Of a stretch of DNA of 64,000 nucleotides, positions 51,126-59,882 are shown one piece after another; the stretch's first letter is position 1; every line of letters begins with the position of its first letter. The notes below the pieces were generated by a model. That model was not told where the DNA came from, ran no database searches, and was given only the letters and a program-made list of their open reading frames with translations. A program made the position numbers and the translations under genes. The DNA is from Candidatus Limnocylindrales bacterium (GTDB taxonomy: Bacteria > Chloroflexota > Limnocylindria > Limnocylindrales > CSP1-4): positions 6,049-70,048 of the forward strand of contig JBEKVD010000003.1 in assembly GCA_049514315.1 (NCBI GenBank), read 5' to 3'.

Positions 51126-52211
51126 TCACGCGCTGGCACCTTCGGCCCCGAGCGATCTCAAACGCTCAGCCTGGTAGGTGGTGCTGAGGGCGTCGATAAG
51201 CCGGTCGATGTCGCCGTCCATGATGCCCGGCAGATTGTGCAGGTCGAGCCCGATGCGGTGGTCGGTCAGACGGTCCTGCGGGAAGTTGTAGGTCCGGACC
51301 TTCTCCGAGCGTTCACCCGAGCCGACCATGCTTCGCCGCAGCGCCGACTCGACATCTGCCGCTTTCGCTCGCTCACGATCCATCAGCCTGCTTCGCAACA
51401 CGGCCATGGCCTTGGCCTTGTTCTTGATCTGGCTTTTCTCGTCCTGGATGGTAACCACGATCCCGGACGGCATGTGGGTGATCCGAACCGCAGAATCGGT
51501 CGTATTGACCGACTGGCCGCCGTGCCCGGTGGACCTGTAGACGTCGACCCGGATGTCTTTCTCATCGATCTGGACGTCCACCTCCTCGGCTTCGGGCATG
51601 ACTGCGACTGTTGCCGTAGAGGTGTGGATTCGACCGCTCGACTCGGTGACGGGGATGCGCTGGACCCGATGCACGCCGGCCTCGAACTTCAAGCGGCTGT
51701 ATGCGCCCCGGGCGGAAACCTCCACGATCGCTTCGCTGATCCCGCCTATGCCGTTCTCGTCGGCGTTCAGGACTTCGGCCGGCATCCGATGCCGTTCGGC
51801 GTAGCGGAGGTACATCCGAAGCAGCTCCGCCGCGAAGAGCTTGGCCTCCTCGCCACCGGTGCCGGCCCGGATCTCCAGGATCACGCTCCTGTCGTCGTTG
51901 GCGTCGCGCGGCAGCAGAAGGACGCGCAGCCCTTCGATCAGCTCCCTCTCGCGCGCCTCGAGGTGGCGGACTTCTTCCTGCGCCAGGTCGTGCATTTCCG
52001 GGTCGCCGGAGTCGCGCATCTCCCGGGCCTCGGCGAGCTCCTTCCGGGCGGCGAGAAGCTCACGCCAGGCACCAACGACCGGCTCGAGCTGGGCGAGCTC
52101 CTTGCCCACCCGCTTGAGCGCAGCCGGATCGGATCCGGTTTCGGGCCGGGCCAGCTCAGCGTTGAGCGCGTCGTACTGTGCGGCTATCTGGACCAGCTTG
52201 GAGTCGATCAC
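51126..52211 (-). CDS. prfA: Peptide chain release factor 1
   Basis: PVT tripeptide region (RIPVTES) and GGQ motif (STGHGGQSVNTT). Confidence 0.97.
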   Translation of the reverse strand: MIDSKLVQIAAQYDALNAELARPETGSDPAALKRVGKELAQLEPVVGAWRELLAARKELAEAREMRDSGDPEMHDLAQEEVRHLEARERELIEGLRVLLLPRDANDDRSVILEIRAGTGGEEAKLFAAELLRMYLRYAERHRMPAEVLNADENGIGGISEAIVEVSARGAYSRLKFEAGVHRVQRIPVTESSGRIHTSTATVAVMPEAEEVDVQIDEKDIRVDVYRSTGHGGQSVNTTDSAVRITHMPSGIVVTIQDEKSQIKNKAKAMAVLRSRLMDRERAKAADVESALRRSMVGSGERSEKVRTYNFPQDRLTDHRIGLDLHNLPGIMDGDIDRLIDALSTTYQAERLRSLGAEGASA

Positions 52212-52226
52212 GGTTCCGTGCCGGCC

Positions 52227-53450
52227 TTACGGCGCGCCTGCCGGCGCAGTGGTGATGCCCCCGTCCGGGTCCGGGACCAGCGGCCGACAGGCAAGGACCG
52301 CGCTGCCGGCCGGAATGTCGCCGCCGTCGGCAACGAGGGCTCGTTCGAGCGAAACGATGGCGACTTCGATCATGTCGTCTGTCGGCAGTCGGGTCGTGAT
52401 CGCCTGGACCCAGATGCCGGGCGACCACATCCAGCGAACGAGGGCATGGCTGCGATGGCGTGCGCCGAGCTGGAGGAGCTCGTAGCTGATCGCGGCGATG
52501 ACCGGGATCAGGATCACCCTCGACACGACGAGCCACAGCGGCGGGAGCTTACCCACGATTGCGAAGGCCAGGATCGACACGATCAGAACCACGACGAGGA
52601 ACTCCGTGCCGCAGCGGGGATGGGCGGTCGGGTACTTGCGAGCGGCCTGCGTTGTCAACGGCTCGCCGGCCTCCAGGGTGTGGATCGACATGTGCTCGGC
52701 GCCGTGGTACTGGAAGGTCCGGCGCACATCCGGCGCTCGAGCTACGAGCAGCAGGTAGCCGATGAAGATGGCGACGCGGATGACGCCCTCGGACAGCTGG
52801 AGCCCGAACCCCTGGTCAAAGCGCCCGACGGTGGCCTGGGCGAGGAACAGCGGCATCAGGAAGAACACGCCGACGCCGACCAGCAGGGTCAGCAGCAGCA
52901 TGCCCCCCACGGCGACGGTGTAGCCCTTTCCGAGACCCCCCTCCACCGGTTGAGGCGATGGAGACGAAGCTCTGGCTTCGGGATCGGCGTGGGAGGTGCT
53001 CACTGCTTCGGCGCCGGCCGAGGGAGAGCCGGGGGTGGGCGCCGCATGGGAGTCCCGGTCTGCACCGGCCCTCGAATCTCCGGCGGCGCACAACGCCGGA
53101 CCGCCAAACCCGACGGCGAGTGACTGGAGCAGCCCCCCGGCCGCGTTCGACGCGCCGCCACCGAAGCCTGGATCGCTCCTGCCACTTACCGCGTCCTCGA
53201 GCGCAAGGGCCTGAACCGTGGCCGACCGAACCAGCCAGCGAGTGCCGGTGACCAGCGTGTCGTACAGGACGACCAGCCCGCGCAGGAACGGCAGCCTCAG
53301 AGCCCGCCGGGCGCGGAGTCCAAGGTCGAGGCGCTCGACGGCCCAGACGATCGAACCGTCGGGATGGCGGAGAGCGATCGCGAGGGCGTTTCGACCGCGC
53401 ATCAGGACGCCCTCGATTAGCGCCTGTCCGCCGTACTGATACCTGGCCAT
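52227..53450 (-). CDS. DUF1385 (YqhQ-like) membrane protein with an internal low-complexity insertion
   Basis: MARYQYGGQALIEGVLMRG N-terminus. YHGAEHM and HPRCGT motifs. Conserved rpmE-DUF1385-prfA position. Confidence 0.85.
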   Translation of the reverse strand: MARYQYGGQALIEGVLMRGRNALAIALRHPDGSIVWAVERLDLGLRARRALRLPFLRGLVVLYDTLVTGTRWLVRSATVQALALEDAVSGRSDPGFGGGASNAAGGLLQSLAVGFGGPALCAAGDSRAGADRDSHAAPTPGSPSAGAEAVSTSHADPEARASSPSPQPVEGGLGKGYTVAVGGMLLLTLLVGVGVFFLMPLFLAQATVGRFDQGFGLQLSEGVIRVAIFIGYLLLVARAPDVRRTFQYHGAEHMSIHTLEAGEPLTTQAARKYPTAHPRCGTEFLVVVLIVSILAFAIVGKLPPLWLVVSRVILIPVIAAISYELLQLGARHRSHALVRWMWSPGIWVQAITTRLPTDDMIEVAIVSLERALVADGGDIPAGSAVLACRPLVPDPDGGITTAPAGAP

Positions 53451-53567
53451 TGCCGGATTCTAGCCTCTGAGGGATCCGGCGCTGCCGGAGCGTGTCGCTG
53501 CCGGAGCGGCCGTGGCCGTGGCAAATGCCGGCTCCGGCCGTACGGGGATGAAGCTGCTGGAACGGAG

Positions 53568-53780
53568 CTAGGCGCGCTGGGTGCGCTCGAGGCGACGCTG
53601 GAACCGTTCCACCTGGCCCGCGGTGTCGAGGATCATCTGCTTCCCCGTGAAGAACGGGTGGCAGTTGTTGCAGACGTCGACCCGCAGCTCGGTCCTGGTG
53701 GAGCCGATCTCGAAGGTTGTCCCGCAGGAGGCACACTTGACCGTCGCCTGCTGGTACTTGGGATGGATCTTCGGCTTCAT
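53568..53780 (-). CDS. rpmE: 50S ribosomal protein L31 (Cys-containing type A)
   Basis: MKPKIHPKY...CASCG...CNNCHPFFTGKQ. GGGAG precedes ATG 53780. Confidence 0.95.
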   Translation of the reverse strand: MKPKIHPKYQQATVKCASCGTTFEIGSTRTELRVDVCNNCHPFFTGKQMILDTAGQVERFQRRLERTQRA

Positions 53781-53878
53781 TTGCAACTCCCAGGCGCCTT
53801 CCGCGCGGTTTCCCGCCGGTGGTCGTCGGTGGCGCGGTCGGCGCATCTGGCGCCGGGCCGCTTCTGGTGGCTGGTGGG

Positions 53879-54142
53879 CTACTCGCCCGGCAGGGCCGCG
53901 ATGCGAATCCGTTTCTTCTCGCGGGTTTCGTGCTCGAAGTGGACGGTACCGTCGATCCTGGCGAAGACGCTGTAGTCGTGCGCCAGCCCGGCGCCGGAAC
54001 CGGCCTTGAAGGTCATCCCGCGCTGCCGGACGATGATCGATCCGGCGGTCACGAATTGGCCGTCGCCGGCCTTGCAGCCGAGGCGCTGGCCGACACTGTC
54101 ACGGCCGTTCTTGGAGCTCGAGCCTGCCTTCTTGTGGGCCAT
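53879..54142 (-). CDS. rpmA: 50S ribosomal protein L27 (no N-terminal propeptide)
   Basis: [16 protein letters not shown]...GSIIVRQRG. Confidence 0.96.
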   Translation of the reverse strand: MAHKKAGSSSKNGRDSVGQRLGCKAGDGQFVTAGSIIVRQRGMTFKAGSGAGLAHDYSVFARIDGTVHFEHETREKKRIRIAALPGE

Positions 54143-54144
54143 CG

Positions 54145-54858
54145 CTATTCGTCCTTCTTGGTTCGAGCGGCCCGCTTCGGTCCGGCGCCGCCGGCCGGTT
54201 CGGCTCCGCCCGCTGGTTCGGCGGTCCTGGCGGCCCTGGGGGCCGTCTTCCGGGCCGCCGAGACGGGCGCATCTTCGGCGGCGGGCTTGAGCCGAGCCTC
54301 AGCTTTCGCCGGTGTCCTGACCACCTTTGGCGGAGCATCTCCCTTTGGCGGAGCGGCCTCCCTGGTCGGAGCGGCCTTCTTGGCCGGAGCGGCCTCGACT
54401 TCAGCCTCGGCGGCCTGACGGGCCTTGAGCTGCTCGGCGAGCGCGGCGTCCTCGGCCGCCTGGCGGGCGACAGCCTGAGCCACCCGGCTGCGCTCGGCCT
54501 CGGCCGCGGACTCGAGCTCCCTGGCCTCTTCGGCGGCGCTCCTGGAGCCGAGGCGGACGTCCGTGATCTTCAGTACGGTCAGCTCCTGGCGGTGGCCTTT
54601 CCTGACGCGCCTGCGGGCCTTGGGCCGGTACTTGAAGGAGATCGTCTTCTCGCCGCGATCACGCCGCAGAACCCGGGCGCTCACGGCCGCGTCCGCGACG
54701 ACGGGCTGACCAACGGCCGACCTGTCGCCATCCACGACCAGCAGCACGCGGTCGAGGTTGATCTCCTCGCCCGGCTCGGCATCGAGCAGTTCGACCTCGA
54801 ACTCGGTGCCGAGTTCGACGCGGTACTGCTTGCCACCTGTCTCGATTACGGCGTACAT
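54145..54858 (-). CDS. rplU: 50S ribosomal protein L21 with about 130-aa Ala/Lys/Pro/Glu-rich C-terminal extension
   Basis: [14 protein letters not shown] ... [28 protein letters not shown] core (about 105 aa), then a low-complexity tail ending [10 protein letters not shown]. Confidence 0.93.
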   Translation of the reverse strand: MYAVIETGGKQYRVELGTEFEVELLDAEPGEEINLDRVLLVVDGDRSAVGQPVVADAAVSARVLRRDRGEKTISFKYRPKARRRVRKGHRQELTVLKITDVRLGSRSAAEEARELESAAEAERSRVAQAVARQAAEDAALAEQLKARQAAEAEVEAAPAKKAAPTREAAPPKGDAPPKVVRTPAKAEARLKPAAEDAPVSAARKTAPRAARTAEPAGGAEPAGGAGPKRAARTKKDE

Positions 54859-54942
54859 GGATCCTCAGGAGCTGGATGGGGCCATGAGACCGCGCGGTTC
54901 ATGACACGAATACGCCCCCGGCTGGCCGGGGCGCGAGTTGCG

Positions 54943-54971
54943 AGTGTACGGCCCGATCCGTGCTCCGTCAA
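54943..54971 (-). promoter_or_regulatory. Sigma70-like promoter candidate for rplU-rpmA (TTGACG-N17-TACACT on the minus strand)
   Basis: On the minus strand, TTGACG (54971-54966), a 17-nt spacer, then TACACT (54948-54943). This would give a leader of roughly 80 nt containing a GCCCCGG/CCGGGGC hairpin before GAGGA-ATG. Confidence 0.4.
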
Positions 54972-55056
54972 ACGCGAACTCACTGGTGTGTGAACTCCGA
55001 CGGTATATGAACGGGCCTGTCTGGAACTCGCCCCCGAAGCCCGACGAATCTCCCGA

Positions 55057-55944
55057 CTACACGAATGACTCGCTGGCAAGCCACAGCCGCTCGCGGACCG
55101 GCCGAACAAGCTCGATCGTTGGCCGGGCGGAGACCGGCCGAACGGCCGGCGAGCGACGGGCCGGCGCCTCTACGCGCCGCGACTGCGACCCTGCAGCGCC
55201 GGGAGCCGGGCGGGTCAACGCCAAATCCGCACCAGAGGCCACCGGCACATCTCCGGCCACCACCTCCTCGTTCTCGATGGGAATCACATCCGCTGCCAGA
55301 CCCAGCTCGTCCGCAAGTGCGGCCACCACCTCCTCGACACGACCGGCGCCGGCGTGCTGGGAGTGGCGGAGCCTCAGCCACAGTCCGGTGGCCGGGACCG
55401 GGGCGAGGCCCGGCAGGACTGCCTCAGGGTCCGCGGGCCCGACCCTGAGGTCGAACAGCAGCGGCCTGAGATCGTAGGGGGTGGACCTGGCCTCCCGGCG
55501 CCGATACCTCGGCAGTGCTTCCGCGGCTAGCAGCCGCGCCGCCGCCCGCTCAATATCGGCCGCTTCCACGTTCAACAGGGTCAGACGGTAGTCGGCGGCC
55601 ACGAGTTGGGGAGCGATCGCCGGCGCACCGACCCAGACATCGTACAGATCCACCAGGCGATAGCCGGATGGCAGCGCTGCGGTCAGCCGGTCGCGCAGGT
55701 CGGAGGCAGTCAACCGGTCGACCACGAAAACGTCCGCCAGCTCGTGCTCGGCGAGCATGCCAAGCTGGAGCGGAGCGGCAAACACAAGCCTTGGCCGAGG
55801 ACTGAAGCCCCCGCTCGCGGCGATTGGGATGCCACCCCTGCGGAAGGCGCGTTCCCAGAGCCTGACTGCGTCGAGATGCGACAGATAGCGAGCTTCCTTG
55901 TCACGGGCGAACACGACCCGCCAGCGCTGCCGGACCTCGCTCAC
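55057..55944 (-). CDS. DUF2344 / TIGR03936-type radical-SAM-linked protein
   Basis: RWRVVFARDKEARYLSHLDAVRLWERAFRRGGIPIAASGGFSPRPRLVFAAPLQLG matches the family N-terminus. GTG 55944 overlaps the antiporter stop (GTGA). The 56463 ORF prefix overlaps the antiporter and is junk. Confidence 0.82.
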   Translation of the reverse strand: MSEVRQRWRVVFARDKEARYLSHLDAVRLWERAFRRGGIPIAASGGFSPRPRLVFAAPLQLGMLAEHELADVFVVDRLTASDLRDRLTAALPSGYRLVDLYDVWVGAPAIAPQLVAADYRLTLLNVEAADIERAAARLLAAEALPRYRRREARSTPYDLRPLLFDLRVGPADPEAVLPGLAPVPATGLWLRLRHSQHAGAGRVEEVVAALADELGLAADVIPIENEEVVAGDVPVASGADLALTRPAPGAAGSQSRRVEAPARRSPAVRPVSARPTIELVRPVRERLWLASESFV

Positions 55945-57455
55945 GACGTCGACCCCGAGTCGAACCCTGCCGGAGGCTCCTCGAAAGGCGGTCCAACGCT
56001 CTTGGGACCGCCCGAGTTCGAAACGGCGGTTCGACCGTGGCCAACCGAACCGGCCGAGATATCGATCGTCCGAGTCGCGGCTCGGACATCGGCGACGTGG
56101 CCCCCGATCGAGCCATCGGTTCGATCTGCGGGACCCCCCTTTCGCCGCGAGCGCGCCCCGGTCTTTCGACCCCAGCGTCGCACAACGAGGTCGGCAGTCG
56201 TGTCCTGCACCAGCAGCGTGAAGAGAACCACCCCGAAGGTGATGCCCTGGAGCTGGTCGCGATTCGGAAAGTCGATCGGGAGAGACAGCGCCAGCGCCGT
56301 CGAAACGGCGCCGCGCAAGCCGGACCAGAAGACCACGTGGAGCCAGCCGAACGGAAGATCGCCCTCGTCGCGCGCCACTCCTGCCTGTTCCGGAGTCCGT
56401 GCCGACCGTGATGCCCCCGGTAGGTGGGTCGTACTGGTCGCAACCCCGGACCGCGCTCGCCATGCTCGCCGCGCCAGCCGCCAGCCGCCCAGCATTCCGT
56501 AGACGATGGCCGCCCGCCCGACCAGCATCGCCACAACTGCCCAGGCGATGGGCGAGGCAAGGTTGACGATGGAGTGAGCCGCGATCGCGAAACCGACCAC
56601 CAGGAACACGAAGGCTGTGGCGAGGAACGCCACGAATTCCCAGACGGTGTCGAGGGCCTCCTCCGTTCGCTCAGACAGGCCGTGACGGCGGCCGTAGCTG
56701 CCGAGGACGATACCCGCCACCGCGGTCGCGATGACTCCGGACAGGCCGAACGCGTCGGCCGTCAAGTATGTGCCGTAAGCCAGCACGACCGACAGGCTGA
56801 TCTCGATCAGGTGATCGCCGACGCGGGGCAGGATGCGCGACGCGGCGAAGCCCGCTGCCGCTCCGAGGGCCCCCGAGAGGACGATTGCGGAAACGAACGT
56901 AACGCCGATCTCGACCGGGCCCATCGGGCGCGACACGAAGTCGACCGCGATGGCGAAGAGGACGATGCCCGTGCCATCGTTGAACACGCTTTCGGCCTCA
57001 ACGAGCGTCGACAGGCGACGTGGCGACCGGAGCCGCTTGAACGTGGCGATGACAGCCGCCGGATCGGTGGCCGACAGCATCGCCCCAACTACGAAAGCCT
57101 GCGGCGCCGCGAGCCCGACCCCGAAGTGCAGAGCGGCCGCGATGAGAGTGGCGCTGACGAAGACACCCGGTCCGGCCAGCAGCGCGATGCCCGCAAGAGA
57201 CGGGCGCAGCTTGGCGAAGTCGGTCTGGTACGAAGCCTCAAAGATGAGTGCCGGCAGCAGCACCACCAGGACGAGCTGGGGCGTGATGTCGAGGCGCGTT
57301 GGCTGAGCGAACGCGCCGGCGACTATGCCGAAGGTGACGAGGGCGACGGTGTAGGGCAGGTTGATGCGCCGGGCCAGCCAGGTGACCAATGCAGCCGCGC
57401 CAACCAGGAGTACGAAGAGCCTGATTAGTTCGAGAGTGGTTTCCCCCGAGCTCAC
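55941..57455 (-). CDS. CPA1-family Na+/H+ (cation/proton) antiporter, NhaP-like
   Basis: About 12 TM segments. SATDPAAV and EAESVFNDGTGIVLF signatures. GTG 57455 overlaps the radical SAM stop (GTGA). Confidence 0.85.
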   Translation of the reverse strand: MSSGETTLELIRLFVLLVGAAALVTWLARRINLPYTVALVTFGIVAGAFAQPTRLDITPQLVLVVLLPALIFEASYQTDFAKLRPSLAGIALLAGPGVFVSATLIAAALHFGVGLAAPQAFVVGAMLSATDPAAVIATFKRLRSPRRLSTLVEAESVFNDGTGIVLFAIAVDFVSRPMGPVEIGVTFVSAIVLSGALGAAAGFAASRILPRVGDHLIEISLSVVLAYGTYLTADAFGLSGVIATAVAGIVLGSYGRRHGLSERTEEALDTVWEFVAFLATAFVFLVVGFAIAAHSIVNLASPIAWAVVAMLVGRAAIVYGMLGGWRLARRAWRARSGVATSTTHLPGASRSARTPEQAGVARDEGDLPFGWLHVVFWSGLRGAVSTALALSLPIDFPNRDQLQGITFGVVLFTLLVQDTTADLVVRRWGRKTGARSRRKGGPADRTDGSIGGHVADVRAATRTIDISAGSVGHGRTAVSNSGGPKSVGPPFEEPPAGFDSGSTS

Positions 57456-59761
57456 CCCATCGGCTCGCCGCCGGCCGCATCCACCAGCGACGCAAGACCC
57501 TTCAGCCCGGCGCTCTTCGACTGCATCTCGGTCCCCAGCAGATCGTATGGCCAGCCGCGCCGCTCGCCGCGGCCTGCTTCCACGTTATCACCGCCGTACT
57601 TGGCTGCCGAGGGGCTGACGAGCCCAAACCCGCCGGGTGACTCGCCTCCACTTCTTCCACCCGACGATGTCCGAGTGGATCCGCCGGTTGCCGCGGGGGC
57701 AAAACGCCTCGCGTCTCCCGGCGGCCCAACGTCACGCCGGCCCCCGTCCCGGTCGTCCGGCGCGACCAGGAGCTTTCGCGGCCCCCACTCCCCCGTGTCG
57801 CAGGCCAGCCCGGTCGCCGCAGGGACGCCACACCTGACGCACGAAGTCCAGTGGCAGTCGGAGGTGGTCTTGCCCCCCAGCGCCCTCCTTCGCTCGCGGA
57901 GCAGGAATGCGATGGAAACGCCGGCATCCAGATGCGCCCACGGCAGATGCTCGGCGGTGGGGATGTCTCTCTGCCCGTACCAGACCGGGTCGAGTCCCGA
58001 TTCGGCGAATGCCTCCAGCCAGAGTTGAAAGTCGAAGTGCTCGTCCCAGGCGTCGAACCGGGCGCCTTTCTGCCACGCCCGACGAATGACGGCGCCGAGG
58101 CGCCGGTCACCACGCCCAAGCGCAGCCTCGAGGAGTGAGCTGTCAGGATCGTCCCAGGACAGGGAGAGGCCCTTGACGTGCATCGCCTTGCGCAGGCCGT
58201 CGACCTTTGCCTGGATGTCCACGGTCGCGTCCTGGCCGTCCCACTGGAACGGAGTGGAGGCCTTCGGCACGAAGGTCGAGACGTTGGCTTTGACCCCGGC
58301 CCGGCCGCCGTGGCGTTCTCGCCCTATCTCGAGGAGTCGCCGAGAGATGGCCGCGATGGCCAGGACGTCGTCCATCGTCTCGCCCGGCAGACCGATCATG
58401 AAGTAGAGCTTGACCGAACTCCAGCCGCGATCGAAGGCGAGCTCGGCGCACCTGACGATCTCCTCATCGCTGACGCCTTTGTTGATCGTGTCGCGAAGCC
58501 GCTGGCTGCCCGCTTCGGGGGCGAAGGTGAAGCCTCCGCGCCGCCCGCGTGGCTCGATCGCATCGACGAGTTCAACGGTGAAAGCGTCCACGCGAGTGCT
58601 CGGCATCGACACGGCCGTGTCCGGCCTGCGCCTGCGCAGCTCGCTCGCGACCTCTCGGACGTACGTGTAGTCGGCCGTGGAGAGGCTGGTCAGGCCGATC
58701 TCCTCGTATCCGGTCGCACGCAGGATAGCCTCCGCCGCCTCGATCGCTACGTCTGGGGCTCGCTCGCGCAGCGGCCTTGACTGCATGCCGGCCTGGCAGA
58801 AGCGGCAGCCTCGCGTGCAGCCGCGCATGACCTCGAGCTGGGCGCGGTCGAAGACGATGCCGACGTTCGGCACGAGCTGGCGGATGCCGCGAACGTTGGT
58901 TTCGAAGTCGGAGGCTATGCGACCGGAGACCGAGGCTGGCGCAGCGCGGTCGACCCGGTCCAGGCGGTCGAACCGGCCGTCGGGAAGGTATCCGGGCCGG
59001 TAGAAGGAGGGCACGTACACGCCGGGGATGGCCGCGAGGGCTCGCAGCGCAGTGGTCCGGTCCACGCCTCGACGCCATTCGTTGTCGACCAAGCTCCCTG
59101 CGGCGACGCGACGGTTCCAGCCGAGAGATTCGAGAGCATCGCTGATCTCCAGGATCACATCCTCGCCCTCACCGAGAACCACGGCATCGACGAAGTCCGC
59201 GAAGGGTTCCGGGTTGAGAACGATCGAGCCGCCGGCGACGACCAGCGGGTCCCCTTCCGCGCGCTCGGCCGTCGTAAGCCCCACGCCGCCGAGATCCATC
59301 ATCTCCAGCAGGTTCGTGGCCACGAGCTCGAACCCGAGGCTCAGGCCAATGACGTCGAACTCGCGCAGGGGGCGGCGAGTCTCGAGACTCCAGAGCGGGA
59401 CTCCCGCGGCCCGGAGCTCTCCCTGGAAATCGACATCCGGGGCAAAGCAACGCTCCGCGAGTCGGTCGGGCCGGTCGTTGAGAACCTCGTAAAGGATCCG
59501 CAACCCGAGGTTGCTCATACCTATCTCGTAAAGGTCGGGGTAGACGAGGCACCACTTCAAAGCCGTGGCGGCCCAGTCCTTCGGGACCGAGTTCCATTCG
59601 CCGCCTGCATAACGGCCGGGCTTGCGAACGCGGCCGATCAGCCACTCGACCGTCGCCTCGGGAAGCGGTTCGGGATCGTGGAATAGCCTTCCCCCCGCTC
59701 GCGGCGGCGGAGGTTGACGCCCGGGCGCAACCGTCGGCAGCGGTTGACCAGGCGGAGCCAT
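57452..59761 (-). CDS. TIGR03960-type B12-binding-domain radical SAM protein
   Basis: RKPGRYAGGEWNS N-terminus. YEIGMSNLGLRILY. The CxxxCxxC cluster MRGCTRGCRFCQAG. About 130-aa low-complexity C-terminal tail. Start set at ATG 59761, since the upstream part of the ORF overlaps rodA. Confidence 0.85.
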   Translation of the reverse strand: MAPPGQPLPTVAPGRQPPPPRAGGRLFHDPEPLPEATVEWLIGRVRKPGRYAGGEWNSVPKDWAATALKWCLVYPDLYEIGMSNLGLRILYEVLNDRPDRLAERCFAPDVDFQGELRAAGVPLWSLETRRPLREFDVIGLSLGFELVATNLLEMMDLGGVGLTTAERAEGDPLVVAGGSIVLNPEPFADFVDAVVLGEGEDVILEISDALESLGWNRRVAAGSLVDNEWRRGVDRTTALRALAAIPGVYVPSFYRPGYLPDGRFDRLDRVDRAAPASVSGRIASDFETNVRGIRQLVPNVGIVFDRAQLEVMRGCTRGCRFCQAGMQSRPLRERAPDVAIEAAEAILRATGYEEIGLTSLSTADYTYVREVASELRRRRPDTAVSMPSTRVDAFTVELVDAIEPRGRRGGFTFAPEAGSQRLRDTINKGVSDEEIVRCAELAFDRGWSSVKLYFMIGLPGETMDDVLAIAAISRRLLEIGRERHGGRAGVKANVSTFVPKASTPFQWDGQDATVDIQAKVDGLRKAMHVKGLSLSWDDPDSSLLEAALGRGDRRLGAVIRRAWQKGARFDAWDEHFDFQLWLEAFAESGLDPVWYGQRDIPTAEHLPWAHLDAGVSIAFLLRERRRALGGKTTSDCHWTSCVRCGVPAATGLACDTGEWGPRKLLVAPDDRDGGRRDVGPPGDARRFAPAATGGSTRTSSGGRSGGESPGGFGLVSPSAAKYGGDNVEAGRGERRGWPYDLLGTEMQSKSAGLKGLASLVDAAGGEPMG

Positions 59762-59882
59762 CGTAGGAGTCGCCACGCTTCGGCGCCCAGCCGTCGTCGG
59801 CCGCCGGCTCGCCCCGTCGGTCGATTCGAGACCACGGCCCTCAACCGGGCGTATCAAGGGGAGCGACCGCGCCACGGGGCGA

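Noticed and set aside
55945-56463. Long version of the DUF2344 ORF (468 aa).
   Set aside because: The extra 173 codons overlap the C-terminal part of the antiporter in another frame and are Arg/Gly/Ser-rich. The family N-terminus aligns with GTG 55944, which forms a GTGA junction with the antiporter stop.
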